Assembly: GCA_964016885.1 (NCBI GenBank)
Contig: OZ024745.1
Coordinates: forward strand, 129,518,001-129,582,000
Length of the DNA stretch: 64,000 nucleotides
Reading direction: 5' to 3'
Origin: Eledone cirrhosa
Taxonomy: Eukaryota
Below the pieces are notes generated by a model that saw only the letters and a program-made list of their open reading frames with translations, was not told where the DNA came from and searched no databases. Of the stretch, positions 28,284 through 39,740 are shown in pieces. Each line of letters starts with the position of its first letter. The first letter of the stretch is position 1. Both the position numbers and the translations under genes were made by a program.

Positions 28284-28700
28284 AGATCAAAAGATGGTTA
28301 AAGGAGTTCCATGTATTTTATTATGCGCATTTCAAAAACAAACATCATCATGCAATAATATTTGTGTTTTCATCAGATAAAACAGGAGGACATGATATGA
28401 AGGCTAAAAAACACTTGTGGATAGTGCAGTTTTAAATCAACATATGTTGATTTATAACTGCACTATCCACAAGTGTTTTTTAGCCTTCATATCATGTCCT
28501 CCTGTTTTATCTGATGAAAACACAAATATTATTGCATGATGATGTTTGTTTTTGAAATGCGCATAATAAAATACATGGAACTCCTTTAACCATCTTTTGA
28601 TCTTATATATTATGTATACTCCAGTCCTACAAACTGTAGAGTGCTTCTTATCCGATATCTGCATTGCTTTATTGTACTACAATAAAACTCACCTCCTACA
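28274..28700 (+). mobile_element. Family D fold-back element (170-bp loopless palindrome plus ~87-bp tail) with two HHRs
   Basis: Palindrome centred on 28443/28444 with one visible mismatch. HHR TTTTAT-CTGATGA-long stem II-GAAA-TGCGCA-TA-ATAAAA at 28505-28571 (+) and 28316-28382 (-). Confidence 0.9.
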
Positions 28701-28701
28701 T

Positions 28702-28815
<114 letters not shown>

Positions 28816-28830
28816 GTGTGTATATATATA

Positions 28831-29015
28831 AGAGTTTCTACAGGACTAGAACTGTTTCATTCGTGAGAAATCATCAGTGCTTCCTGATGATTTCTCACAA
28901 ATGAAACAGTTCTAGTCCTGTAGAAGCTCTTCTATATTCAAAGATTTATACTCTGCTATGTATTGAGTACCTTACTTCCTGTGGTTACCTCCGATTCAAC
29001 CCGGAATAACTTATT
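28831..29015 (+). mobile_element. Family A copy 3 with HHR
   Basis: Inverted arm at 28831-28877, then GCTTC-CTGATGA...GAAA-CAG...CTG-TA-GAAGC at 28879-28927, and the same tail into (TA)n. Confidence 0.85.
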
Positions 29016-29046
<31 letters not shown>

Positions 29047-29274
29047 GTGTATATATACTAACGTTTAAATTCCTTTTCATTTCATTTCATATAACTGGAA
29101 TGCCACTTCATTTGAAAAATTCCATTAACCTCTAACATTTCCTGAAATTTTCCAAACATTTTAATTTCATATATGTTTTGTATAAAATCCATTTGCGTTT
29201 TCCGCTGTTAAAGGTGAAGCATTTCTTGCATATATGTAGACATAAACACACATACTCACACACACACACTCACT

Positions 29275-29398
<124 letters not shown>

Positions 29399-29659
29399 AG
29401 CGAAAATTAAACGGAAACAGCAAAGTAAACAACACAGTACAATAAAGAAATATATTAGTTCAATGCTTGCTGTAGCAAGGAAAGTTTTTCTACGATTTGG
29501 ACATTAGTAACTACTAGTGTCCGAAAGGTAGAGAAACACTTTCTTTGAATTGTTTTGTTGCTACGTCTTGAGAACAGAATAGTCTTGTCTGATCTATATT
29601 CCTAATCTGGGAGTGAAAGGCCCCCAGTTATTGTCACAACTTTCTGAGAGAGGAAATCA

Positions 29660-30199
29660 GCGGTCCTTTACATTCTGAGTTCAAATCCGACTAAGGTTAA
29701 TTTTTCCTTTCATCTTTACGGGGATGAATAAAATAAAGTACCAGTAATACACTGGAGTCGATTTAATCGACTTTCGACTCCCTAAAATTGCTGGCCTATA
29801 CTAGAAATCATTATGGCAGTATCGGTAGAGGGTCGGACGCCATGCTTTGACGCATAGAGTTACGGCCCTTGCCATTCTGAGTTCAAATCCCGCCGAGGTT
29901 AACTTTGCTTTCATCCTTACGGGGTCGATAAAATAAAGTACCAGTAATGCACTGGTTTATTGCTGGCCATGTGCCAAAAGTAGAAACAATTATTATTATT
30001 ATTAATAATTAGGGGTGGTGGATTGGCAGAATCGGTAGAGGGTCGGACGCCATGCTTTCCAGCATAGTTACGTCCCTTTACGATCTGAGTTCAAATCCCG
30101 CCGAGGTTGACTTTGCCTTTCATCCTTACGGGGTCGATAAAATAAAGTACCAGTAATGCACTGAGAATTGCTGGCCTTGTGCCTAAAGTAGAAACAATT
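29660..30199 (+). mobile_element. Three head-to-tail S1 SINEs
   Basis: Copies at ~29660-29810, 29814-29992 and 30013-30199, each with a B box and conserved body. Confidence 0.9.
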
Positions 30200-30337
30200 A
30201 TTATTAATAATTATGATTTAATTTGTCATGAATATATATAACATCTCAATATATTGCCAATAGAAATAATCTTGCAGAACATAAACATACCTACATACGC
30301 GCGCGCGAGCACACACACACACACACACGCACACGCA

Positions 30338-30402
<65 letters not shown>

Positions 30403-30990
30403 ACACATACATACATACATACACACCCATACACACACATACACATACACACACATACACACACACATACACACACAAATACACACCCATACACACCCAT
30501 ACCCATACACACATACACACACATACACACATATACACACACATGCACACACACATACACACACATACACACACATACACACACACATACATACACACAC
30601 ACACACACACACATACACACATACACACATACATACATACACACCCATACACAGACACATACCCATACACACACATACACACATACACACACATGCACAC
30701 ACCCACATACACACACATACACATACACACACACTTACACATACACACACATACACACACACATACACACACAACTACATACCCATACACACACATACCC
30801 ATACACACATACACACATACATACACACGTACACACACACATACACACACATACACACACATACACACACACATACACACACACACATACACATACGCAC
30901 ACATACACACACACGTACACACACACACACATAAACACACATACACACACACACACATATACACACACATACACACACATACACACATAC

Positions 30991-31600
30991 ATGGTGACTG
31001 CCAACTCGTTTTCGAGTACGGCCATTACTTTATATCCATGTAGGAGAACTCCTACCGATGCGCTGAACGAGTGTGACTTTTTAGTCCAGCCAGCGACTTG
31101 AAAACTCTGGTACAAACACTACACCTGTGACAATTATTGACACACAGTGTTGGGCCCATGGTACCATGTGACGACAAGTGCAGAGAGATCTCCAGATATA
31201 AAGCAATGCCTGTGCCGTGAAGCTTTTATAGTGAGCAAAGGCACTGCACAAAGCCAGTCCCACTCTCTTAACCAAGATGATATTTACCAAAAAGAAGAAC
31301 AAGTCAACATCATTGGATACCATCAGGTTTGCAGGTGTTATATCAGAGTTTTCCTTCTCCTAGAATTCTGCCTTGACAAAGGCTAAGGGGTCATCTCTCC
31401 CGGTGATTTTGGATGGTCATTGACTCTTAAGAGCTCCTTTGCCCTTTGACAGGTTTTGTTTTTAGTCCTGCAGGATGTCCAAAGTCACCCTCCTCACCAA
31501 GAAACCTTGGTGGGGTTGCCAGTTTAGTCGCCAACGACCCGACCATGGGACAGGTTGTACTGGAATACATGTTACCAGTAGCACCAACTGGTGACCTGAC
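30991..31600 (-). mobile_element. Non-coding dispersed repeat, RTE 5'-UTR-like
   Basis: Homologous to 47641-48582 and, inverted, to 58125-58220. The minus strand has CTAGGAGAAGGAAAACTCTG, a motif I associate with RTE-type leaders. Embedded in (TACA)n/(CA)n. Confidence 0.55.
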
Positions 31601-32040
31601 ACACATACATACACACGTACAAACACACACACATACACACACACATATACACACACATATACACACACATATACACATACACATACATATACACACATAC
31701 ACACACACATATACACATACATACACACATACACACACATACACACACACACAGACATACAAATACACACACATACCCACACACATACACATACACACAC
31801 ATACGCACACATACACACACGCATACACATACACACACATACACGTACACATACACGTACACATACACACACACACATACACACACACACACACAGACAT
31901 ACACACACATACACACATACAGACACACACACATACATAGACACACACACACACACACACATATATAAGTATATATATGTATATATATATTTATACACAC
32001 ATATATCTGTATATATATATATATATATATATATACACTC

Positions 32041-32091
32041 ACTTTTTCTCTTTTTTTTTAAAAACTCTTTTCTGACGTTTACAAATACCAG
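32041..32091 (+). promoter_or_regulatory. Putative splice acceptor of the large exon
   Basis: Pyrimidine tracts, a CTGAC branch-point-like motif at ~32072 and CAG ending at 32091. The frame is open from here to ACCATGG at 32124-32130. Confidence 0.5.
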
Positions 32092-32235
32092 TGTCTATTG
32101 TTTTGGTAACGTGTCAAACTGTTACCATGGCAGTCAAGCAACAACTTCAAGCTTTACAGAACAAAACGCAGCTACGCTGCGAATTCAAAGATTCAATACG
32201 AAAAAATTTGTTTAGAGCAGTAAAACTGCTAAACT

Positions 32236-34662
32236 ATGAAAACCCTAAAATCTGTGGATCTTGAAATCAGCAATGCTGTTACTAAGGATAACAGTTCGAC
32301 TGTTGCTAAGGAAATTAGCAGAATTGTCAACAAGGAAATAGGTAAGGCTGTTGCTACGACGGTTAGAAATGTAACACATCATGATATTTATTTCAAAGCT
32401 GCCAATTTAAATATTCCTTATGCAGTTTGTACGAATATTATTGAGTCAATTAACATCGAAATGGAAAACTTCTTACCTATAATAATTGATAGGCCTGTTA
32501 TTAAGCAAGTCAGCAGATATGTTGTCGAAATTATCCGCGAGTATGTAATTATTGACATCCAGCGTGCTATTGACTCAGAGATTGCCAACGATGTTATTAT
32601 AAAGCTTGGTGATGCAATCAAAAGAACTTACAGTACTCCAGTTTCAAAAAAGTTGAATGGTGCTCTTCTTCTGGAGATAAAAAAATGCTTTACCATGCAG
32701 ATTTGCAAAGCAATTGCTTTGAAAATAGGTGAAGCTCTCATAGTAGAAGTCTGTAATATCGTAACTGATGAGATTGATAAAGTGGTTGCAATACAGATTA
32801 ACAAAGCCGTAAAACAGATATTGAACAAGTCCGATATAACGTACTTATGCAGATTTGTAGCTAAAGATATTAAAGATATTGTGTCAGAATACATGTGCGA
32901 ATCTATTGACACGGAAACTGGGATATTATCACGTTTTCAAAGAACTAGCTGTGATATTTGCAAAGCAGTCAAGAAGACAATTCACAAAACTGTTGCCCTA
33001 GAAATTTACAGTGTTCTTACTAATGATATTAGCAAAGCAATCACCAAACATGTTCATGAAACTGCTATCGATATGATCAACGAAGATGTCATTTGTAACA
33101 TTAGCAAAATCGCTTCCACAGGTGTTTGCAATTTTATTGACAAAGAGACAATAGAAGCTGTGACATTAGATATCTGCGAAGCTATGAATGACGAGGTGAG
33201 CAAGGAGGTGATTGCTGAGATCAACAAATGTTCTTATATTTACGACAACCGCTACAATGACGCCGTTAAGTCTCTTAGTACTTATGTCAATAAAGCAATT
33301 GTCGAAACTGTATCCATGGAAATCGAGTGTGAAATCCACCAGAAAATCAAAGTGCTAGTTTCCGAAGGTGTGAGCGAGAATTTAATAAATGGCATCAACC
33401 TAACACATCTCATTAGCAATATCATCCTCCCCGACATCGTTACCAAAATAATACTGATAGATTTCCACAGTGATGTGGGGAGGCAGATCAAAAAAGCCGT
33501 TTTCATTGCAACTACTATATTTGAAGAAATACATGACGCCAGTGGCCTCGTATCGAAAAAGGATGTAATTGAAGTGAATGACAAACGGCTTTCAACGTCT
33601 CTCGGCAAAGACATAACATCGCGCATCGGGAGTGCTGTGTTCAACTTGATTGGTCACAACATTTGCATGGAAATCCAGAAGGATATCTCCATTGATATCA
33701 GCTTTGACTTTTTGAAGCATCTCAGCAACAATATTTGCCTGGATGTTATCCACGTGATTATTATGCGTATTTTCGAATTAAATGGCATAATAACGAATAA
33801 TGTTGTTGAAGAAATACTGAATCCCCAAATTATGGCAGAGGTCAACGATGTGGTTTTGAAAAGATTTTATGAATGTGTGAAGCTGGAAACAAAGAAGGAT
33901 GTCGGCCCGGACATCACTAAGCCGGCAGATCATAATATTGTTAAGTCCGTTTCTTCAAAGTTCCACGAAGTCTTGCAGGTAAATATCTCGAAGGAACTGA
34001 ATTTGAAAACCAAGCAGCCACAAAAGAAGTTGAAGACATCATTTCCCAATACGGTGGGCAAAAATGTGACTTTTGAAATCTGTAAAATGGTCACCAGAGA
34101 GATCAGTGAAACGATTGCTATCGATGTAACCGCTGCTGTGACTCAGGGCATCAATAAATCTATTACTTCGGAGATACACCAAGCCGTAATTAAAAAGATC
34201 AGTAAACATATTACCAAAGAAATCAACATGTCAGTTACTAACGATATCCAAAAAGCCGTATCATTGACGATTTTGAACAGGCGTGATATGGGCGAAGCCA
34301 CGGAGCTCACGAAAGCCATTTCAATCATGATCTGCAAAGCTGTCAACACAGGGATTAGTGAAGTAATCGCCAGAGAAATTAGCAGAGCTGTAACTTTTGA
34401 TATATGCAAATCTGTAATGAGAGAAATCAGCAATATAATATCTCTTCAAATTAGCAGAGCTGTTATTGTAGAGTTAAGCACTGCGGTCACGAATGAAATT
34501 AACAAAATTGTTACTACGGAACCTCAAAATAAGCCAGCACTAAATGTATGCGAGAATGTCATAAGAGACATCACCAATGCAATTTCATCAGCAATCATTG
34601 AATGTGGTACAATATCAAGCGTAAAGGAGAGTCTCATACAAATTATCGAAAGTGTCTCTTAG
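32236..34662 (+). CDS. Uncharacterised 808-aa Ile/Val-rich protein with 8-residue helical repeats (probably the core of a longer CDS)
   Basis: 2.4-kb stop-free ORF in complex sequence. Recurrent (E/D)I(S/N/C)KAVTx octads. No transposon domain recognised. Confidence 0.88.
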   Translation: MKTLKSVDLEISNAVTKDNSSTVAKEISRIVNKEIGKAVATTVRNVTHHDIYFKAANLNIPYAVCTNIIESINIEMENFLPIIIDRPVIKQVSRYVVEIIREYVIIDIQRAIDSEIANDVIIKLGDAIKRTYSTPVSKKLNGALLLEIKKCFTMQICKAIALKIGEALIVEVCNIVTDEIDKVVAIQINKAVKQILNKSDITYLCRFVAKDIKDIVSEYMCESIDTETGILSRFQRTSCDICKAVKKTIHKTVALEIYSVLTNDISKAITKHVHETAIDMINEDVICNISKIASTGVCNFIDKETIEAVTLDICEAMNDEVSKEVIAEINKCSYIYDNRYNDAVKSLSTYVNKAIVETVSMEIECEIHQKIKVLVSEGVSENLINGINLTHLISNIILPDIVTKIILIDFHSDVGRQIKKAVFIATTIFEEIHDASGLVSKKDVIEVNDKRLSTSLGKDITSRIGSAVFNLIGHNICMEIQKDISIDISFDFLKHLSNNICLDVIHVIIMRIFELNGIITNNVVEEILNPQIMAEVNDVVLKRFYECVKLETKKDVGPDITKPADHNIVKSVSSKFHEVLQVNISKELNLKTKQPQKKLKTSFPNTVGKNVTFEICKMVTREISETIAIDVTAAVTQGINKSITSEIHQAVIKKISKHITKEINMSVTNDIQKAVSLTILNRRDMGEATELTKAISIMICKAVNTGISEVIAREISRAVTFDICKSVMREISNIISLQISRAVIVELSTAVTNEINKIVTTEPQNKPALNVCENVIRDITNAISSAIIECGTISSVKESLIQIIESVS

Positions 34663-35035
34663 CCTACAATCAGGAGATATATTGGCAATATGTTCAACTA
34701 CAGACTTCTTGCTACTCAATTGAGAATACTTTCCAACGAATAAGCTTGAATGGTAAGGTTGTCCTTAAATATATTACAATATAGACACACAGACACAGAC
34801 ACAGACACACAGACACACACACACACTCACACACACAAACACACACACTCACGGACACACACACGCATATATATATTATATATATAATATATAATATTGC
34901 AGAAAAGTGCGGTTTATCTTAGTTGTTACGTAGTAACTTCCTGGTGATAAGAAGGTCCTAGCGTTCCAAAGCACTCCACGTCAGTAGTTTATCCCAGGTA
35001 GGTGATAATGAGTGACAGAGTATTTATTTATCAAA

Positions 35036-35216
35036 TAATTGTTTCTACTTTTGGCACAAGGCCAGCAATAACCCTGTGCATTACTGGTACTTTATTTTAT
35101 CGACCCCGTAAGGATGAAAGGCAAAGTTAACCTCGGCGGGATTTGAACTCAGACCGTAAAGGACCGTAACTCCATGCTTCAATCTACCTTATTTATCAAA
35201 TACTGCCAATCCACCT
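35036..35216 (-). mobile_element. SINE family S1
   Basis: Reverse complement of a nearly full-length S1. Confidence 0.9.
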
Positions 35217-35414
35217 TATCAAATAATGGTAGTTAAGACAGGATTAAATCAGCATAATTGTTTATTGCATTATATATTTCTGTTACATGGTTATTCATGT
35301 GACTTTGTCAGATTCTTACGCAATCATTGGTTGTGCCGAACCACTTCACTACTGGATGGACATGCATGGTCACCGGCGTATCACAATGATTGCATAACTG
35401 CACCAATTTTTTCA

Positions 35415-35497
35415 ACTTTGCCTTTCATCTTTACGGTGTCCATAAAATAAAGTACCAGTAATACACTGGTAATTGCCGGCCTTGTGCCAAAAGTAGA

Positions 35498-35541
<44 letters not shown>

Positions 35542-35600
35542 AAATTCTACTTTTAGCACAAGGCCAGCAATTACCTGTGTATTACTGGTACTTTATTTTT
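35415..35600. repeat. S1 SINE 3' half plus its local inverted duplicate around a (TA)n spacer
   Basis: 35445-35503 is the reverse complement of 35540-35600. Both end in the non-consensus GTAGAATTTCA. Confidence 0.8.
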
Positions 35601-35643
35601 ATTTTTATTTTTATTATATATATATATATAATATATATATATA

Positions 35644-36180
35644 GTGGTGGAACACCGGAAGGTAATATCCGTAGTGGTTGAGCACTCAGTCAATGGGACG
35701 AGTTAGGTAGAAGTGGTTACACAAGAGTTAGTTTACCATACCGAGAACAATTGTTTCACCTTAGCGGATCCTCAGTTCGTAATGGACATGGTTATATGGA
35801 ACAGGAAGGACAACCTACGAACGCGCATGCGCAGAAACAGGCAATACTAAATTGCGTGCAAGACTGCAAAAGTCCTAAAGTTTCTAGTTGATGAGAAAAT
35901 TAGGATGTTGTAATTCAATCCAGACATTTGTAGTTATGTAAGAGGTGTTTCCAGACGTGTGGACAACGTGTGAAGAATTCATTTCTCGTGTTCAGGCAAT
36001 CACTATTGCGTAATCTCTTTAGAATATTTGTTCGTTCATCAATACATAGTCCACACGACGGATTTCCCCTTGCGTATGGCTTGGACTTAGTGATGGGTTT
36101 CCATTGAATGGAGTAGTCTATACTTGAATCCTTGAGGGACCATATATACTGTACTACAACTGTACGTCTATACTATAAGT
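35644..36180 (-). mobile_element. Penelope-like element 3' end (family G): endonuclease-like C-terminus plus HHR, between (TA)n tracts
   Basis: Open minus-strand frame at 36148-35915. HHR CGAA-CTGAGGA-tCC gcta aGGt-GAAA-CAATTG-TT-CTCG at ~35736-35785. Confidence 0.8.
35915..36148 (-). pseudogene. C-terminal fragment of a PLE ORF (GIY-YIG-associated CxLC...CxH region)
   Basis: [77 protein letters not shown], translated by hand. It has no Met, so it is absent from the ORF track. Confidence 0.75.
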
Positions 36181-36205
36181 CTCTCTATATATATGTATAT
36201 ATCTT

Positions 36206-36294
<89 letters not shown>

Positions 36295-36657
36295 ATATAT
36301 ATATATATGTGTATATATATATATATGTGTATATATATATATATGTGTATATATATATATATGTGTATATATATATATATGTGTATATATATATATATGT
36401 GTATATATATATATATGTGTATATATATATATATGTGTATATATATATATATATATGTGTGTATATATATATATATATGTGTATATATATATATATATAT
36501 GTGTATATATATATATATATATGTGTGTGTATATATATATATATGTGTGTATATATATATATACGTGTGTGTATATATATATATACGTGTGTGTATATAT
36601 ATATATACGTGTGTATATATATATACACGTGTGTATATATATATACACGTATATATG

Positions 36658-36721
<64 letters not shown>

Positions 36722-36792
36722 TAGATATATACACATATACATAGATATATACATATATACACATATATATATACACATATATACACATATAT

Positions 36793-36831
<39 letters not shown>

Positions 36832-36871
36832 AAAGAACACAAGAGCGTCTACAACATCAAAATATTTTTAT

Positions 36872-36920
36872 TGGCTTACAATGTTTCTTCCTTACGTAAC
36901 CGTAGGATTCGTCAGAGCTA
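36872..36920 (-). ncRNA. Type I hammerhead ribozyme motif in a ~140-bp island within (TA)n
   Basis: Minus strand TAGCT-CTGACGA-aTCCTACG gtta CGTAaGGAa-GAAA-CATTG-TA-AGCCA, then AATAAA. Confidence 0.75.
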
Positions 36921-36967
36921 TAAAAGGGGTTTGATTGGTGTTATGGACTCTACCAACCAAACATTCA

Positions 36968-37024
<57 letters not shown>

Positions 37025-37398
37025 TATATGTATATGTATGTATATGTATGTATATGTATGTATATGTATGTATATGTATGTATATGTATGTATATGTATG
37101 TATATGTATGTATATGTATGTATTATGTATATATATGTTATATGTATATATATGTTATATGTATATGTATGTTATATGTATATGTATGTTATATGTATAT
37201 GTATGTTATATGTATATGTATGTTATATGTATATGTATGTTATATGTATATGTATACGTATATATATGTATGTGTATATGTATACGTATATATATGTATG
37301 TGTATATGTATACGTATATATATGTATGTGTATATGTATACGTATATATATGTATGTATATATGTATACGTATATATATGTATGTATATATATATACG

Positions 37399-37435
<37 letters not shown>

Positions 37436-37888
37436 GTACGTATATATATGTATGTATATATATGTACGTATATATATGTATGTATATATATATACGTATA
37501 TATATGTATGTATATATATATACGTATATATATGTATGTATATATATATACGTATATATATGTATGTATATATATATACGTATATGTATGTATATATAAA
37601 TACGTATATGTACGTATATATATATATATACGTATATGTACGTATATATATATATATATACGTATATGTACGTATATATATATACGTATATATATATACG
37701 TATATGTACATATATATATATATATATACGTATATGTACATATATATATATATATACGTATATGTACATAAATATATATATATATATACGTAAATGTACA
37801 TATATATATATACGTATATAAACATATATATATATATACGGATATATATATATATAGATACGTATATATATATATAAGAATATGGTTT

Positions 37889-37998
<110 letters not shown>

Positions 37999-38011
37999 TT
38001 ATTTCTTTATA

Positions 38012-38190
38012 ATGGAGTTGTGGTAAGGAACCAGGTGGACCATAACGCACCAGAGTACTCGATAATTAGGGTAGTAGAGTGGGCAATAGTGCTACTGTAG
38101 TAGAGTAGGCAGTAGTTTTACTGGGTTAGCTGTGATCTAGCTGTCGAAACGGCTGGAGCTCAGCCGTCGGGTCTTGACTCTTTTCCTATA
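38012..38190. mobile_element. Family C copy (inverted tail plus forward half-HHR)
   Basis: GGTAAGGAACCAGGTGGACCATAACGCACCAGA is the reverse complement of 11942-11977. It is followed by GATCTAGCTGTC-GAAA-CGGCTG gagct CAGCCG-TC-GGG. Confidence 0.7.
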
Positions 38191-38346
38191 TTATATACAT
38201 ATAGAGAGAGGATGCGTGTGTAAAGTTGTTATTTTATTCCTGAAATATATTTGATTGTATTATTTCTATAAAATTTCTATTTCTCAAATCGCTTCAAATT
38301 AAGTGAACTTTAGAATAAGCTTAAACTTTCCTATTCTTCCCTACAG

Positions 38347-38399
38347 GTAGCTTGGAAAGATTCCGGCGACAAAATCTGACTCAACAGATACGAGGATGA
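38347..38399 (+). CDS. Putative terminal coding exon of the octad-repeat gene
   Basis: Strong acceptor CTTTCCTATTCTTCCCTACAG. Phase-compatible with the donor G|GTAAGG at 34752/34753, giving (G)SLERFRRQNLTQQIRG*. AATAAA at 38761 and 38964. Confidence 0.45.
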
Positions 38400-39087
38400 T
38401 ATGTTCAAATACGAAGATGGTCTGTTAGACGGAAACATTTATTTACATACTAAATACAGTAGATCAGGCATTGTATGTATACAATCTCTTCCTAAATTAT
38501 GGACAATTTTGTACAGATTATAAGATTGTATCCATTTGATGATCATCTTAACGTTCGCAGGAAATATAACAGGAATATAAACATGAAGTAAAAATTTGAA
38601 TATCTTCCCTGATTTAATGGGGAGTGATGTGTTTTAGAACAAATATTGACTCAACTGATTTGATGATTTCAATTTCCAGGAATCAAATTAAATATGTGGG
38701 TTTCAGATGACCCTCTGGCATTTAGGCTGATATCGGTCTCTGTTTGATAAACCTGCCTAAAATAAATAACAACAACGTCATATGTCTACGAAACAGCTGA
38801 CTTCCATGTTTCTAAAATGGGACTAAAGTCCTTTAAAGCAATTTCACTATTAATTAGAAAATTAATTTTAAATTCGTGTAGACCTTGTTATTACGTTTAC
38901 TAGAGACCCAGTTTATTTAATTTAATGGAATCCCCGATGGAAAAAACAGGTATATGCAAATGAAATAAAGAATTTGATCATAATATTTTCCCTCATTTTA
39001 TATACCATCATATGTAGTACGTATTGCTTGACAGCCCAATATATATATATTACACACACACACAGTAACGATATATATATATATTTT

Positions 39088-39181
<94 letters not shown>

Positions 39182-39361
39182 TCTATTTGTGTGTGCGTTT
39201 GCTCCTGTATTTCCTCGCCAGCCAACCTCTGGGAAATGCAATTTCGTGATATAGGTAATATTGCATAATATTCAGTGCATACTGTCCTACAGCTTGTACA
39301 AACACAGCGGAAAAATGACATATGCGATAATACAACTTCCCTGCTCTGTATAATTTTCTAT

Positions 39362-39740
39362 ATACGCGGACGACATCACCGTGCTGGTGTGTCGAACACC
39401 TCTGAAATCGAGATGGTCGGCACCTTTTTGGAGGAATATGAAAAGATGACAGGAGCGAAAGTAAATCTGGACAAGTCGGTGGGCTTGCAGCTCGGCACCT
39501 GGACATGCCGTCCAACAGCGTCGTCGGGCGGGGACGGACGGACCGGTAAAGTTGCTCGGGGTTGGGTTCGGACCAAACCTCCCAAGTAAATAAGAATTGG
39601 GACGAAATAACGATCAGAGTAGCCACTCACCCAGAAATGGACCAAAAGTAAGCTTTCCCCGAAAGGTCGGATGGAGGTGGCGAACGCGTACATCGCGTCC
39701 ACCACACTACCGCCTGCCTGATAGTTGTGCCTTGCCATAT
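39362..39740 (+). mobile_element. L1/Tx1-clade RT fragment
   Basis: YADDITVLV(fs)SNTSEIEMVGTFLEEYEKMTGAKVNLDKSVGL...NWDEI...KW...LSPKGR. Confidence 0.8.

Noticed and set aside
30013-30110. tRNA genes at A-box/B-box motifs
   Set aside because: These are SINE heads followed by SINE bodies, and no cloverleaf could be formed.
31340-31575. HDV-like or twister ribozyme in the RTE-leader-like repeat
   Set aside because: Trial folds needed an implausibly short P3/L3 or P1, and the pairings were not maintained in the 48200-48582 copy.
32418-34433. Short antisense ORFs within the large gene
   Set aside because: Shadow ORFs of the plus-strand coding sequence.
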